Position numbers and translations under genes: made by a program. The notes under the pieces were generated by a model that ran no database searches, was not told the DNA's origin, and worked only from the letters and a program-made list of their open reading frames with translations. A DNA stretch of 64,000 bases from a virus: the IMG/VR virus record IMGVR_UViG_3300042549_007519, positions 6,174-70,173 of that record; one strand, 5' to 3'. Numbering within the stretch: the stretch's first letter is position 1; the number at the start of each line of letters is the position of its first letter. Shown here one piece after another: positions 43,945 through 54,030 of the stretch.

Positions 43945-45228
43945 TTAGATAAGTTTTATAATTATCTGTTCAAACTTTTTAGTAATATCTTTCCAGTTCC
44001 ATTTTGTAACATGGTTGTAGGCTTTTAGAACAATAGCATCTACTTGAGATAAAACTTCATCTGTTTCATTTTGCAAGTTATAAACAATACCACATACTTG
44101 AGCTACTTCTTCTGGATTAGATATAAATCTAATTTTTTCAGCATCATTTACAAATACTGCTCTTTGCATAAACTTAAAAGTAAAAGCATTATTCCCATTA
44201 TCTGTAATTTCAGTAATAGAAGTATGTTTTGGAGCTACTACAAGCTTTTTAGTTGCCATAGCTTCACAAATTGTAAGACCCCAACCTTCAGCTGTTGTAG
44301 TTGTAATAAAACAATCAAAAGTGTTATAGATTTTATTTAATTCGGATTCGGAAATTTCATTATTTTCATCAAAACTACTTGAGTGAGGAAAAAATATATC
44401 TTTACCTAATTCCAGACCTAACCTTTCAGATAATCTAAAACAATCTATACCCATTCTGTCTTTTGGATTACAATGTAGGTACAAAACTGCATCGGCTTGA
44501 CTTGTATGTTTAAACATAGCAAAACCAATCATAAGCGTTGCCATATCCTTTCTTGCGGAATTACGATTCACGCTACCAAACACAAAAACATCATCTCGAC
44601 CAAAAATAAGTTTTTTGGTTTCACGATTTTCAAGCTCAAAAGGTATAGGGTAAAACACTTCGGTATCTATTCCATGTGGAATTACTTTAATATTTTTCCA
44701 AATAGATTCTGATATAAGTGGTTTTAGAACTGCCTTTGCATATTCTGTATATGTAATGACTTCATCAAATAAATTAAGCACTTCGCAATCGCTTTGTATT
44801 GGCTCACTATCTATTGGAGTATATAAGACATACTTGGTTTTCTTTTTGTTGGCTTTAACACGCTCTTTTTTCACGTTTGTCAATTGCTCTCTTATTGAGT
44901 TTAAAACTTCAATGTCGTTTAATGCGAAAAACACATCAAAATCGTGTGAATATAAAATTCTCAAAAGTTCTAATCTGGCATAACCATCTTTTTTTTCATC
45001 AATCGCCAAACAAGGTAATACCATTACGTTGTCTTTGTAATTATATGGTTTTTCAGATGAATCATTAATTGCCAATATTGTGATATTGAAATTTTTATTT
45101 TTGCTCCAACTATTAATAAGTTGTTTCGATACATTACCGAAACCAGTTGTGCAATTGAAATCTCCGTAAAAAAGTAAATTAACTACTTTGTCGGCTTTTT
45201 TTGTTCTTGGACTGTGTACTACTTTCAT
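43945..45228 (-). CDS. GT-B (GT4) glycosyltransferase
   Basis: TGFGNV, IPHGIDT, NRNSARKD, EGWGLTICEAMA. Confidence 0.9.
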   Translation of the reverse strand: MKVVHSPRTKKADKVVNLLFYGDFNCTTGFGNVSKQLINSWSKNKNFNITILAINDSSEKPYNYKDNVMVLPCLAIDEKKDGYARLELLRILYSHDFDVFFALNDIEVLNSIREQLTNVKKERVKANKKKTKYVLYTPIDSEPIQSDCEVLNLFDEVITYTEYAKAVLKPLISESIWKNIKVIPHGIDTEVFYPIPFELENRETKKLIFGRDDVFVFGSVNRNSARKDMATLMIGFAMFKHTSQADAVLYLHCNPKDRMGIDCFRLSERLGLELGKDIFFPHSSSFDENNEISESELNKIYNTFDCFITTTTAEGWGLTICEAMATKKLVVAPKHTSITEITDNGNNAFTFKFMQRAVFVNDAEKIRFISNPEEVAQVCGIVYNLQNETDEVLSQVDAIVLKAYNHVTKWNWKDITKKFEQIIIKLI

Positions 45229-45230
45229 TT

Positions 45231-46045
45231 TTAGTTTTTTTCGTAAATTTTAATTCCAAATAATTTAAAATATTTAGTTGGCTCGTGAAAAAGGGAAATA
45301 CTAACACGATATTTTAGATGATGAAAACCATTTTCATCTTTTACCATAATGCCAAAACTTGGTGTTAAATTTTCTTCATTTATTACAGCACCTGTTATCG
45401 GAAGTTCTATCATTGTCTTATCCAAACTTTCTTGAATAGTTTGAATCAATACTTCTGGAATTTGTGTATCAAAAATTCCTTTTGATTTAAAGGTTTTTTT
45501 ATCAAATAATTCTACTTTGTAAGTTTCCATTTTTTTATTTGTTTTTAAATTCTAATTGTGGTTGATTTTCTACCATTTCATTTATGATTTTAGATAATAA
45601 TTCTAAAGCTTCTATGTCCGCAATACGATGCTTAGCTATAACCTGTAACACATTACTAATTTTGTAATTTATAGATTTTAAAGTATCTACACCTTCATCG
45701 TAGGTTATAGCATCTTCTACTTCTTCTACTAAATCAATTACTAATTGACTATAATTACCCATTTTATAAAAAATGTTGTGGCTTAATTGCTCTAATGTTT
45801 CCATATTATTTGTTTTTGTTTAGGTTTATTAAAAAATAGACACAAGTTACTATTGTTAGCCACATTGCAAAGTTCAACATATCAATAGATACTTTATCAA
45901 AAAATATTTCAATTGGATTTGTAGCTTTTAAATGCCATCCTTCATATATTAAAAAGAATATTGTTTCTAATAACCAAACAAAAGTTCCTACAATCCAAAA
46001 AATTCTTGCTAATTTCCAAATAGTTTTTAATTCTTCTTTTTCCAT
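45231..46045 (-). CDS. three short hypothetical genes (45231..45530, 45535..45804, 45806..46045 two-TM)
   Basis: closely packed ORFs. Confidence 0.55.
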
Positions 46046-46048
46046 ATC

Positions 46049-46888
46049 TTATTTGTTTTTAAATTGTTCAAACCATTTTTTTATATTTCCAACGCTATTT
46101 AATTTACCTTCATTGGCTAACGAATAATCATATTCCATTAAAATTTCAATAATCTCTACTTCACTATAACTTTGTTGTTGCTTTTCCATTTCTTTGGCTT
46201 GTTCAATTGCTTTATTTAAAAATAATCTATTTCCGTGAGGCATTGGATTTTTTCCTAATTCATTTTCTAACCATTCTACTGCTGTTTGTTTCATAACTAA
46301 ACTATTACCATAATCTTTTGATTTTTGTTTAGTTTCTTTTGATGTTTCAGCCATTATTCTATCTTTAGTTGATTGTTTTGGTATGATTATTTTATAACTC
46401 CAATATCCAACTTTTTCAGTAAGTTGAGTTCCCTTTCTATATTTAGGATTAGCTTCAAAAATACTTTCAACCTCAACCTCCTCACAACTCGAATTCTTCA
46501 CAAACCATTCCAAAAAATCATCATCAATCTTTTGTACACCATCTTTAATTAAGTCTTGGTCTGTTGTTAGAATGATTTTATTGCAAAATCCTGAAAATAC
46601 TGCTTTTATAAGTTTATTTGATTTGCTATCGTATTTTAAAATAGATTTATTTATTGGTTCATAAAACCAATCACCTTCTTTAATTTCTTCTGAATTAGTG
46701 ATGTAGATGTTTTGAGGTTTAAATCCATTATTAAGTGCTTTTTGTAAGCCCCAAAAATCAGCACCACTAACTTTTCCATCGTTAATATACATACCGTCAA
46801 TTTCTTTTTGGTAACAAAAAGATTTGTGGAATGAATTAAAAATCAACCTACTTGGTTTATCTGTTGGTAACAGGAATAAGTTTTTCAT
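46049..46888 (-). CDS. mosaic hypothetical phage protein containing an MKQTAVEWL module
   Basis: paralog of 59833..60432 (KIILTTDQDLIKDGVQ.IDD.FLEWFVKN) plus internal MKQTAVEWL. Confidence 0.7.
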   Translation of the reverse strand: MKNLFLLPTDKPSRLIFNSFHKSFCYQKEIDGMYINDGKVSGADFWGLQKALNNGFKPQNIYITNSEEIKEGDWFYEPINKSILKYDSKSNKLIKAVFSGFCNKIILTTDQDLIKDGVQKIDDDFLEWFVKNSSCEEVEVESIFEANPKYRKGTQLTEKVGYWSYKIIIPKQSTKDRIMAETSKETKQKSKDYGNSLVMKQTAVEWLENELGKNPMPHGNRLFLNKAIEQAKEMEKQQQSYSEVEIIEILMEYDYSLANEGKLNSVGNIKKWFEQFKNK

Positions 46889-46901
46889 ATCTTATTTATT
46901 T

Positions 46902-47288
46902 TTAAAATAATTCTTTACAATATTTCCATTCTATAACTTTCTCTCCATCTTCAAAAGTTTTACTACCACTAAATGAACACCATTTATTATCATAATAAAC
47001 AACTTCGTACCATTGAGATGAACCTAAATCGTTTTGATGAGATATTTTAGCTAAAATAGACTCTGATTTGTTAGGAATTTGCTCAATCGTTTCCTGTTTA
47101 GATATTACTTCATTACCCATTTCAACTAATTTTTCCCAATTAGCTAATGATAATGATAATTCTTGAGCATCGTTTTCCACAACAACCCAATGCTCTACAT
47201 CTGATTTTTCTAATGAAAAAGAAAGTGTAGATTCAAATTCGCTTTCGTCTGAAAACTGCTTTACTGTTTGTGTTTCTGTTATTAACAT
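46902..47288 (-). CDS. hypothetical protein
   Basis: first ORF after the repeated promoter. Confidence 0.6.
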   Translation of the reverse strand: MLITETQTVKQFSDESEFESTLSFSLEKSDVEHWVVVENDAQELSLSLANWEKLVEMGNEVISKQETIEQIPNKSESILAKISHQNDLGSSQWYEVVYYDNKWCSFSGSKTFEDGEKVIEWKYCKELF

Positions 47289-47297
47289 CGTTATATA

Positions 47298-47344
47298 TTT
47301 TAAAGTTCAAGTCAAAAGTATAAAATATTATTTTAAATAACAAA
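47298..47344 (-). promoter_or_regulatory. repeated phage promoter
   Basis: 36 bp identical to 58492-58527; TTTG..TACTTTTG..GAACTTTAAAA. Confidence 0.75.
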
Positions 47345-47398
47345 TATTATTTAAAATGTTTTTTATTATATTAGATAAGTTTTATTTAATATAATATT

Positions 47399-48067
47399 TT
47401 AGTCAATTCCTTGCTCTCTATTATCAGATAAACTCATAACATGATAAGTAGGTGGGTGGTTAATTGCTTTGGCGTGTGTTCCGAATTTCATCATGTTTTG
47501 AATAAGCTCAAAATCATGCCCATAGAATTCATTGTGCATAGGCATTGTTTTTAGGAACTCGGTTCTAATCATTAATTCACTATGTCCAATCATTCCATAT
47601 TGTAATTGTGCTATTCTATTTGCTCGTCTTGGTGCTACATAGCTATCAAAGTACATAAAATCATAATTAGTATTTTCAATAGCGGATAAATAATTCTCAA
47701 AATGATTTGGTAAAATAATATCATCGTTGGCGAAAAAAGTAAAATACTTACCTCTGGCAAGTTTGATATTTTCATTTGTTATGTAGTAACCATGACCGCC
47801 CTTATTCTCTTTGTTGTTGGTAATGATTAGTTGGTTTCCTTTTGCATTGCAATCCTTAACAATATCAGCAAAATAATTACTATCTATGAAGTCTTGCATT
47901 ATAGGACAACCATCTCCAGTAACAAGTGCTTCCCAATCGTTTGCTGTTTGGTTTGCAATACATTCAATTGCTCTTATAGTTCCAATTTTTCTGCCGAAGC
48001 AAGGCATTGAAATAGTCAACCTAAATTCAGTTGAAAAGTAATTGTGGTTAGTGCATGGGTTATTCAT
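47399..48067 (-). CDS. GT-A (GT2) glycosyltransferase
   Basis: ISMPCFGR..RAIECI..DG..ARGKYFTFFANDD. Confidence 0.85.
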   Translation of the reverse strand: MNNPCTNHNYFSTEFRLTISMPCFGRKIGTIRAIECIANQTANDWEALVTGDGCPIMQDFIDSNYFADIVKDCNAKGNQLIITNNKENKGGHGYYITNENIKLARGKYFTFFANDDIILPNHFENYLSAIENTNYDFMYFDSYVAPRRANRIAQLQYGMIGHSELMIRTEFLKTMPMHNEFYGHDFELIQNMMKFGTHAKAINHPPTYHVMSLSDNREQGID

Positions 48068-48287
48068 AGCCTTTTTGTTTTTTAAAATCTTTTAATAATT
48101 CTTTTATCTTATTTTTAAGATATAACTCGTAAGTAGGTTTATCTACACTATATATTAATTTTTCTAACCATTCGCCAAAATCAATAGCAAATTCATCTAC
48201 TATTTTTTCACAATCACTCAATAATGGTTCTTGCATACCTCCAAACTCAATTGGAACTAAATTGTTAAATTTATCTTTTAATCTCAT
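48060..48287 (-). CDS. hypothetical protein
   Basis: DEFAIDFGEWL motif, related to part of 55940..56503. Confidence 0.55.
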   Translation of the reverse strand: MRLKDKFNNLVPIEFGGMQEPLLSDCEKIVDEFAIDFGEWLEKLIYSVDKPTYELYLKNKIKELLKDFKKQKGYE

Positions 48288-48378
48288 AACTTTTATTTTT
48301 TAATATAACCTGCTAAAACGAATTTTCCGTAAACCCATTTGTAATAAGGAATTAAATCTTCTTTCATTGTTTTGTTAT

Positions 48379-49104
48379 TTATAAATATGGATTAAATTCT
48401 GCATCATAGGTATCACACATTTTATCAAATTCCGCACAAATATCCAATACCATTTCGTAACTCCATTTTAATTTTTGATAATCGTTTTCTTTTATGTATT
48501 TAGCTGGACTTCCTACATAAGTTCCAAAACATTGCGGACTAACTTTTTTAGTAACTATTGTACCCATTCCTATCATGGAATAAGAGCCTATTTTAGAGTA
48601 TTGGTGGCAAATACTACCTAATCCCATATTTACTCCTTTCCCAAGCAAAGAATGACCGCCAATAAGCACATTGCAACTAATAGTACAGTTATCGTGTATA
48701 TTGCTGTCGTGTCCTACGTGAGAACCTCTTAACATTGTGATATTATCTCCTAACATTGTAGGCTGATAACAACCTGCATTAATGGTTACATATTCACGAA
48801 AAACATTGTTATTGCCAATGTAAGTTCCTTTGTTTTTTTTACCAAAAAATTCTCTATGCTCTGGCTCGTTACCAATAGAGCAAAAAGGCTCAAACACATT
48901 ATTATTACCAATGAATGTTTTACCTTGAATTACCACATAAGCACCAATTTTATTGCCTTTTCCTATTTTAACGTTATTACCAATTATAGCTGTTGGATGT
49001 ATATCGTTATCGTTTATAATTTGCAAAAACCTTTTTGATGGATTTTTACCTATTTCAGTAGTTGTGGTGTAATATTGTTTTTGAAATGGTGTCAAGTCGT
49101 TCAT
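48379..49104 (-). CDS. LpxA-like hexapeptide-repeat acyltransferase
   Basis: IHPTAII, IGNNNVFREYVTINAG, SHVGHD, HQYSKIG. Confidence 0.85.
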   Translation of the reverse strand: MNDLTPFQKQYYTTTTEIGKNPSKRFLQIINDNDIHPTAIIGNNVKIGKGNKIGAYVVIQGKTFIGNNNVFEPFCSIGNEPEHREFFGKKNKGTYIGNNNVFREYVTINAGCYQPTMLGDNITMLRGSHVGHDSNIHDNCTISCNVLIGGHSLLGKGVNMGLGSICHQYSKIGSYSMIGMGTIVTKKVSPQCFGTYVGSPAKYIKENDYQKLKWSYEMVLDICAEFDKMCDTYDAEFNPYL

Positions 49105-49201
49105 GTCGCTTTATATTAAATGGATTAATGTTACTATAAGTAAAACAACCATTAACCATGCAATTATTTCGTTTATAATATCTTGTTTATTGTATTTCAT
49201 T

Positions 49202-49840
49202 TTACTTATTAAATTTAGTTGTAAATTTTTCTTCATTTGGTAAACCGCCCCACATATTTATATAGTTTTGTCTATACTCCATAAAGCGATTATTCAATGA
49301 AGGGTCTTTTGCTATGGTCATCGAGTTACGATATACAATTGGATTTAAAAAAGAAGTGTTAAGTCGCTCTATATTCAACAATCTCATACGATAACAATAA
49401 TCGTTGTCGTTGTAGTAATTTGGAAAATACTCTTGATTAAATTCGCCTATTTTTTTATATCCTTCAACACTTAAAATAAAACTACACCAATTCATTAATG
49501 AGTTCATAAAAGGTATTTCTATGTTTTGTTTTATAAGTAATTTAATTTCGTGTTCATTTCTACCTAAATACACATCATCGTTTAAAATAAGCACATGAGT
49601 AGCACCTATTTTTTCTGAATAATCCATTAACATATTCCAACTTCCAGAAACATTTAGATTTTGCTCTGGTCTATAAATCATAAAGTTTTCTTCACGAGTT
49701 ATAATATCTTGTTTTCCGTTGTCGCAAATTGCAATATGCGTGTTTTTAAAATCCTCAAAGTATTTAGCCAAAGCATCGTTAAGAAGGTCGGCTCTATTTA
49801 TTGTTGGTATTGCTACCACTAATTTAATTTCTTTTTCCAT
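49202..49840 (-). CDS. GT-A (GT2) glycosyltransferase
   Basis: IPTINR..DNG..ILNDD..YYNDNDY. Confidence 0.85.
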   Translation of the reverse strand: MEKEIKLVVAIPTINRADLLNDALAKYFEDFKNTHIAICDNGKQDIITREENFMIYRPEQNLNVSGSWNMLMDYSEKIGATHVLILNDDVYLGRNEHEIKLLIKQNIEIPFMNSLMNWCSFILSVEGYKKIGEFNQEYFPNYYNDNDYCYRMRLLNIERLNTSFLNPIVYRNSMTIAKDPSLNNRFMEYRQNYINMWGGLPNEEKFTTKFNK

Positions 49841-50067
49841 TACCATTTATTTATTGGACATTTTTCGTCTTTATATTTTATTTTCTGATTAACAATACAA
49901 CTACATTTTTCACAAACTCCAGTCAGTTTACCAATTCCATCTTCGTCAAAGTGCATTTGGAATATACAATTGTTACAAACGTCAAGTCTTTTTTGGGTTA
50001 CTTCTTCAGTAACCTTACCAATCGAATCGCCTTTTAAAAATTTAAAAGCATCAAACAACAAGCTCAT
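49840..50067 (-). CDS. small Cys-rich metal-binding protein
   Basis: RLDVCNNC..CEKCSC..KCPINKW. Confidence 0.7.
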   Translation of the reverse strand: MSLLFDAFKFLKGDSIGKVTEEVTQKRLDVCNNCIFQMHFDEDGIGKLTGVCEKCSCIVNQKIKYKDEKCPINKW

Positions 50068-50105
50068 ATTCTTTCTGGGTCGTTAATTTTAACTTTTGAT
50101 ACAGT

Positions 50106-50480
50106 TCATTTATTTTTAGAGTTCATATTTAAAATTAGGTCAATTTGTTCATAAACAACTTGGTTCAATTCTTTTAAAGAAAAAACAAAATCTTTTTCTG
50201 AAATATGGTCGTTTTTTCTTAATAAAAATAAAGTGAATTTTGCCTTTTCTAATTGTTTAGAAAACTTGTAAGGAAGTAAAAATCCTTGATTAAAAAGGTG
50301 TTTTTGTAAGCATATTTTTGGTGCAAAAACAACGTTAATATCTATATCTACATTTGAATCTTTTTTTGACAAATCTTCTAATAATTGCAAAGATACAATC
50401 CTACCTTTTTTGCTCTTAATCATTTGTAGCTTATTCAATTCGTACTGCTCTTGGTATGAGCCTAAATTTAAGTTTTTCAT
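50106..50480 (-). CDS. hypothetical protein
   Basis: ORF within the operon. Confidence 0.55.
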   Translation of the reverse strand: MKNLNLGSYQEQYELNKLQMIKSKKGRIVSLQLLEDLSKKDSNVDIDINVVFAPKICLQKHLFNQGFLLPYKFSKQLEKAKFTLFLLRKNDHISEKDFVFSLKELNQVVYEQIDLILNMNSKNK

Positions 50481-50484
50481 GGTT

Positions 50485-51342
50485 TTATAGTTTTATATAT
50501 TTAAAAATGTGTTCTATTATTGGTAAAGTCCAACCATCTCCGAGTAATGAAGCTGCTTTTTTAGTTGAAAGTATATCACAATAGTTGTCAGGAAATCCTT
50601 GAAGTCTGCATATTTCAATTTTATTTAGAGTTCTAACTGATTCGTTATCTAAATATATAATATTAATAAATTCTCTTGAAGCTCTTTTTTTAATGCTTTC
50701 TTGACTACTGCAAATTCTACTTTCACTTTCTAATAATGCAAGTGCTTTTATTCTTTTAACTTCGCCATCAGTAATAATATCTTTTAAAAATATTTTTTTA
50801 TCTTTTGGTTGTGGAATATCAGTTACTAAATCAAACATTGTTTTTTTTGTTTTTATATTTGACCAATAGTATCTATCTCTTAATTGTGCGGTTAATAAAC
50901 TTGAATTAATACGAACTGGATAAACTCCTAAAGCTCTCGACATAATTCCAACATCTAATTTACTTGCACTACCTACATTTTCTTGTAGGAATAAAATGCT
51001 TGAATTTAATGATTTAATGTATTCTAATATTTCTACAAAAGTGAAAAATAAAGAAGATTTTTTACCATTAATTCCTGCTCTTTTTTCAGCACCACTTAAA
51101 TCTTGACAAGGACTTCCGCTTAAAACTAAATCAATACTTTTCCAATCAATATCCCACTCTCTCCATTTTGTAACATCTCCAACTTGGATAGTGTCAGGGA
51201 AATGGTGTTGTGTTAATTCAATTGCGTATGGTTTGATTTCGCTTGAATAGTATTTTTCTACTTTAATACCTACGTTTTCTAATGCTTGACGACCAGTATT
51301 CATACCATTAAACAAACTCAATACATTTATTTTTTTATCCAT
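50485..51342 (-). CDS. C5 DNA cytosine methyltransferase
   Basis: SLFNG, GSPCQ, ENV, QLRDRYYW, RLQGFP, LGDGW. Confidence 0.95.
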   Translation of the reverse strand: MDKKINVLSLFNGMNTGRQALENVGIKVEKYYSSEIKPYAIELTQHHFPDTIQVGDVTKWREWDIDWKSIDLVLSGSPCQDLSGAEKRAGINGKKSSLFFTFVEILEYIKSLNSSILFLQENVGSASKLDVGIMSRALGVYPVRINSSLLTAQLRDRYYWSNIKTKKTMFDLVTDIPQPKDKKIFLKDIITDGEVKRIKALALLESESRICSSQESIKKRASREFINIIYLDNESVRTLNKIEICRLQGFPDNYCDILSTKKAASLLGDGWTLPIIEHIFKYIKL

Positions 51343-51367
51343 TATTATTATTTTGTGTTTTTTGGTT

Positions 51368-51670
51368 TTACAATATTTCGCCAGTTTCCAAATCTACTAT
51401 TAACTGCGGACTTTTCTTTTCTGTTATTTTAATTAAGTCAATTTGAGCCGTAGTGTAATATTTATCGTTGAATTTTTTTGAGTACAAATGATAATTTATT
51501 TTTACTGAATCGCCAACCTCTAATCCAATTTGATTAATAAGTCTTTTAGGTTCATCATAAGCGGAAAAACAAATAGGTAAGTAAGCGTTATTCCATTTTT
51601 TACGAATAACAACTTGAGTAGTCCAATCGTTAGATTTTATTATACTTATTACCTTTCCTGTTTCTACCAT
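51368..51670 (-). CDS. OB-fold ssDNA-binding-like protein (DUF3127-like)
   Basis: GKVI..GDSVKINYHL.SKKFNDKYYT; acidic tail. Confidence 0.6.
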   Translation of the reverse strand: MVETGKVISIIKSNDWTTQVVIRKKWNNAYLPICFSAYDEPKRLINQIGLEVGDSVKINYHLYSKKFNDKYYTTAQIDLIKITEKKSPQLIVDLETGEIL

Positions 51671-51711
51671 AATATAATATAGTTTATCATTTCAAATATA
51701 AAATATTTTAT

Positions 51712-52545
51712 TTAATAATCAATCATTTCGTATTTTAATTTTTCAACAACTTCCTTAATATCAACTTGTTTTAGCCAAATATTAATAACATATTCCCTTG
51801 CGTACTTTTTAATTTTATCTTCTTCTTCAAAGTTTAAATCAGAAAGGGTTTTATAACTATGGTGCTTAATAGTAGCTTCCATATATTTTTTCTTTTTTTC
51901 GTCTGAAAACCTCTTTTTACCATAATCAATTGCTTCATCTGACATTTCTTTAGGTATCTTAATTAGTTTATTATATCGAATAAAAGAATAAAGCACATCT
52001 CCAGTATCTATATAGGTTTCTTTACTTATGGTTTCTTTTGCGTGATACAATAGTTTTTTAAAGTTTTCAAACCTTTCTTTTTTGTCAATTGGCTTTGGTT
52101 TTTCGTTTTCAATTTTTTGCAATTCTTCACGAACTTTGAATAAAACCTTAAACTTATAATCTTGGTAAGCGTGAAGGACTTTCGAGCAATAAATAACGCT
52201 TAAATTTCCGTAATGCTCGGCATCTGTTTCTAATCTTGCATTTACCAATAGAGTAATCATTTCTTTAATATCAACATCATTAAAGTTTGGGAAACTCTCT
52301 TTAATGTAGTTTGCTATCGTATTTAAGTCTATTGCTTCTGGCTGTTTTGCTCCAGAATATTTTGCCCATTTAGTTATTAAAGCGTTCATCAACAATAAGT
52401 CTTTTTCTGTTGAATATTCTTTAAATTTTTTATTAACTAAACTTGCGTTATATATATCTACTTGAGTTGAGCTAACGTTTTTAATTTGAGTAGGATTAAC
52501 TACTTGTACCCCAACCGAGTTTTGTTGCTTCACTAACTTGTTCAT
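51712..52545 (-). CDS. replication-associated protein (helicase-loader position)
   Basis: overlaps the initiator gene; HYGNLS motif. Confidence 0.5.
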   Translation of the reverse strand: MNKLVKQQNSVGVQVVNPTQIKNVSSTQVDIYNASLVNKKFKEYSTEKDLLLMNALITKWAKYSGAKQPEAIDLNTIANYIKESFPNFNDVDIKEMITLLVNARLETDAEHYGNLSVIYCSKVLHAYQDYKFKVLFKVREELQKIENEKPKPIDKKERFENFKKLLYHAKETISKETYIDTGDVLYSFIRYNKLIKIPKEMSDEAIDYGKKRFSDEKKKKYMEATIKHHSYKTLSDLNFEEEDKIKKYAREYVINIWLKQVDIKEVVEKLKYEMIDY

Positions 52546-53131
52546 AAGCTATTTCTTGGTTTGTTTTTTTTGTTACGTTTTGATTCAAATAACTATCGAA
52601 TTTATTTCCGAATAAAGTTTCTGGTCTTAAAAATTTCTGAAAATCAGTTCCCATCCACTCATTAGATTTATTATCAATAACTTTATAAAAATCTTCAATC
52701 TTATATCCAGACTTTAATCTTGCGTTAATGAAAGTTCTATAAGAGTTAGTTTCTGATTTATACCCTGTTCCTGCTTTTTGATTTAGATAAGATATTATGC
52801 TTTCATAAACCTCATTCATATTAATTTCAGATTCAGCTTTTTTGGTTTCTTTTTCTTTTTTTGGTTTTACTACCTTTTTTAAAGAAATTACTTTTTCTTG
52901 ATAAATTGACAACCTACCTGACTTTAATTGAATTGGTATGTTTGGTATTTTATCTTCCCACGTTTTTAGTCCAAATGAAATAATTCTGTAATACTGGGTT
53001 TTAGAAATATTTAATCTTCTACTTACAATAGCTTCGTTTTTTTCTTCTAATTGAAATAAAATTGGCAACCATACATCGTAGTATATTTTACCTTTTTTAA
53101 ATAATATTTTTAAAAAACTGACAAACTCCAT
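52496..53131 (-). CDS. phage replication initiator with conserved phage C-terminal domain
   Basis: IISYLNQKAG..INARL..VIDNK..W..FLRPETLFGNKFDSYLNQ. Confidence 0.85.
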   Translation of the reverse strand: MEFVSFLKILFKKGKIYYDVWLPILFQLEEKNEAIVSRRLNISKTQYYRIISFGLKTWEDKIPNIPIQLKSGRLSIYQEKVISLKKVVKPKKEKETKKAESEINMNEVYESIISYLNQKAGTGYKSETNSYRTFINARLKSGYKIEDFYKVIDNKSNEWMGTDFQKFLRPETLFGNKFDSYLNQNVTKKTNQEIAYEQVSEATKLGWGTSS

Positions 53132-53133
53132 AA

Positions 53134-53361
53134 TTAATCCACTATATCGTCAATTGAAACATCTAATGCGTTTGCAATTAATATCGCTGTATTAATGTGA
53201 TAGTTGGTTCTTTTACCATTGACCATTTCATTCAAGATATACATAGAAACTTTGTTCCCATTGTTTTCTTTTATGATAAGTTCGTATAAGTCTTTTTGCG
53301 ACATTCCACGTTTAGCTAATATCTGATACAGCTTTGTTACTTTTTTTTCTATTATCGGCAT
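53134..53361 (-). CDS. XRE HTH regulator
   Basis: GMSQKDL..NGKR..IANALDVSIDDI. Confidence 0.85.
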   Translation of the reverse strand: MPIIEKKVTKLYQILAKRGMSQKDLYELIIKENNGNKVSMYILNEMVNGKRTNYHINTAILIANALDVSIDDIVD

Positions 53362-53365
53362 ATTA

Positions 53366-53963
53366 TTAAATTTTAAAGGTGTCTAATGCTTTTATGTAAT
53401 CTTTAGTTTTTTGAATTTCGTTATAAACTTCTAAAAACTTTTTTTCTCCGTTAGTAACTAAAAAATCAGCCACTTTAGTTTGTATTTCATTATATTTCTT
53501 TTGGTTTTGGTGTCTGAATAAATATTCAGCCATTTCTTTCAAAACATCAAAAGTTACTGCTTTTGCATTATAGTCCATTTTTGAAGTATTTATAAGTTTT
53601 GGTTAATTTGTCAAACGCTATTTTCATACCTCTTTTGTATCTTAAAAAATAAATCTTTTTAGCGTAATATTGTTTTTCTTTTCTTGACATTTCTTTTGTT
53701 TCAAGAACTCCATTATTCATTAGATACAGTCTTAATTGAGCTGAAGAAAGTCTTGGGTCGATTACAAGTTTTTTTGGTCTTGGCTGTGGAATACAACTAT
53801 CTAATTTATTAGATATTTCTTCATGAATTACTTTAATTTCATTAACTGATTTTTGCACTTCTGAAATTTGTTCAGCTTCTTGTTTTAATAGCTGTTCTGT
53901 TTTTTCTACATCTGGCGTTCTTGTTCCAAAAAGCCAGTTAATAAATCTAAAAATTCTTTTCAT
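53366..53963 (-). CDS. two hypothetical genes (53366..53578, 53568..53963)
   Basis: packed ORFs after a TAnnTTTG promoter near 53997-54004. Confidence 0.55.
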
Positions 53964-54030
53964 AATTTAGTTATTTTATTTAATAATAATTTTTATCAAA
54001 AATATACTTTATTATTTTAAATACAAAATA

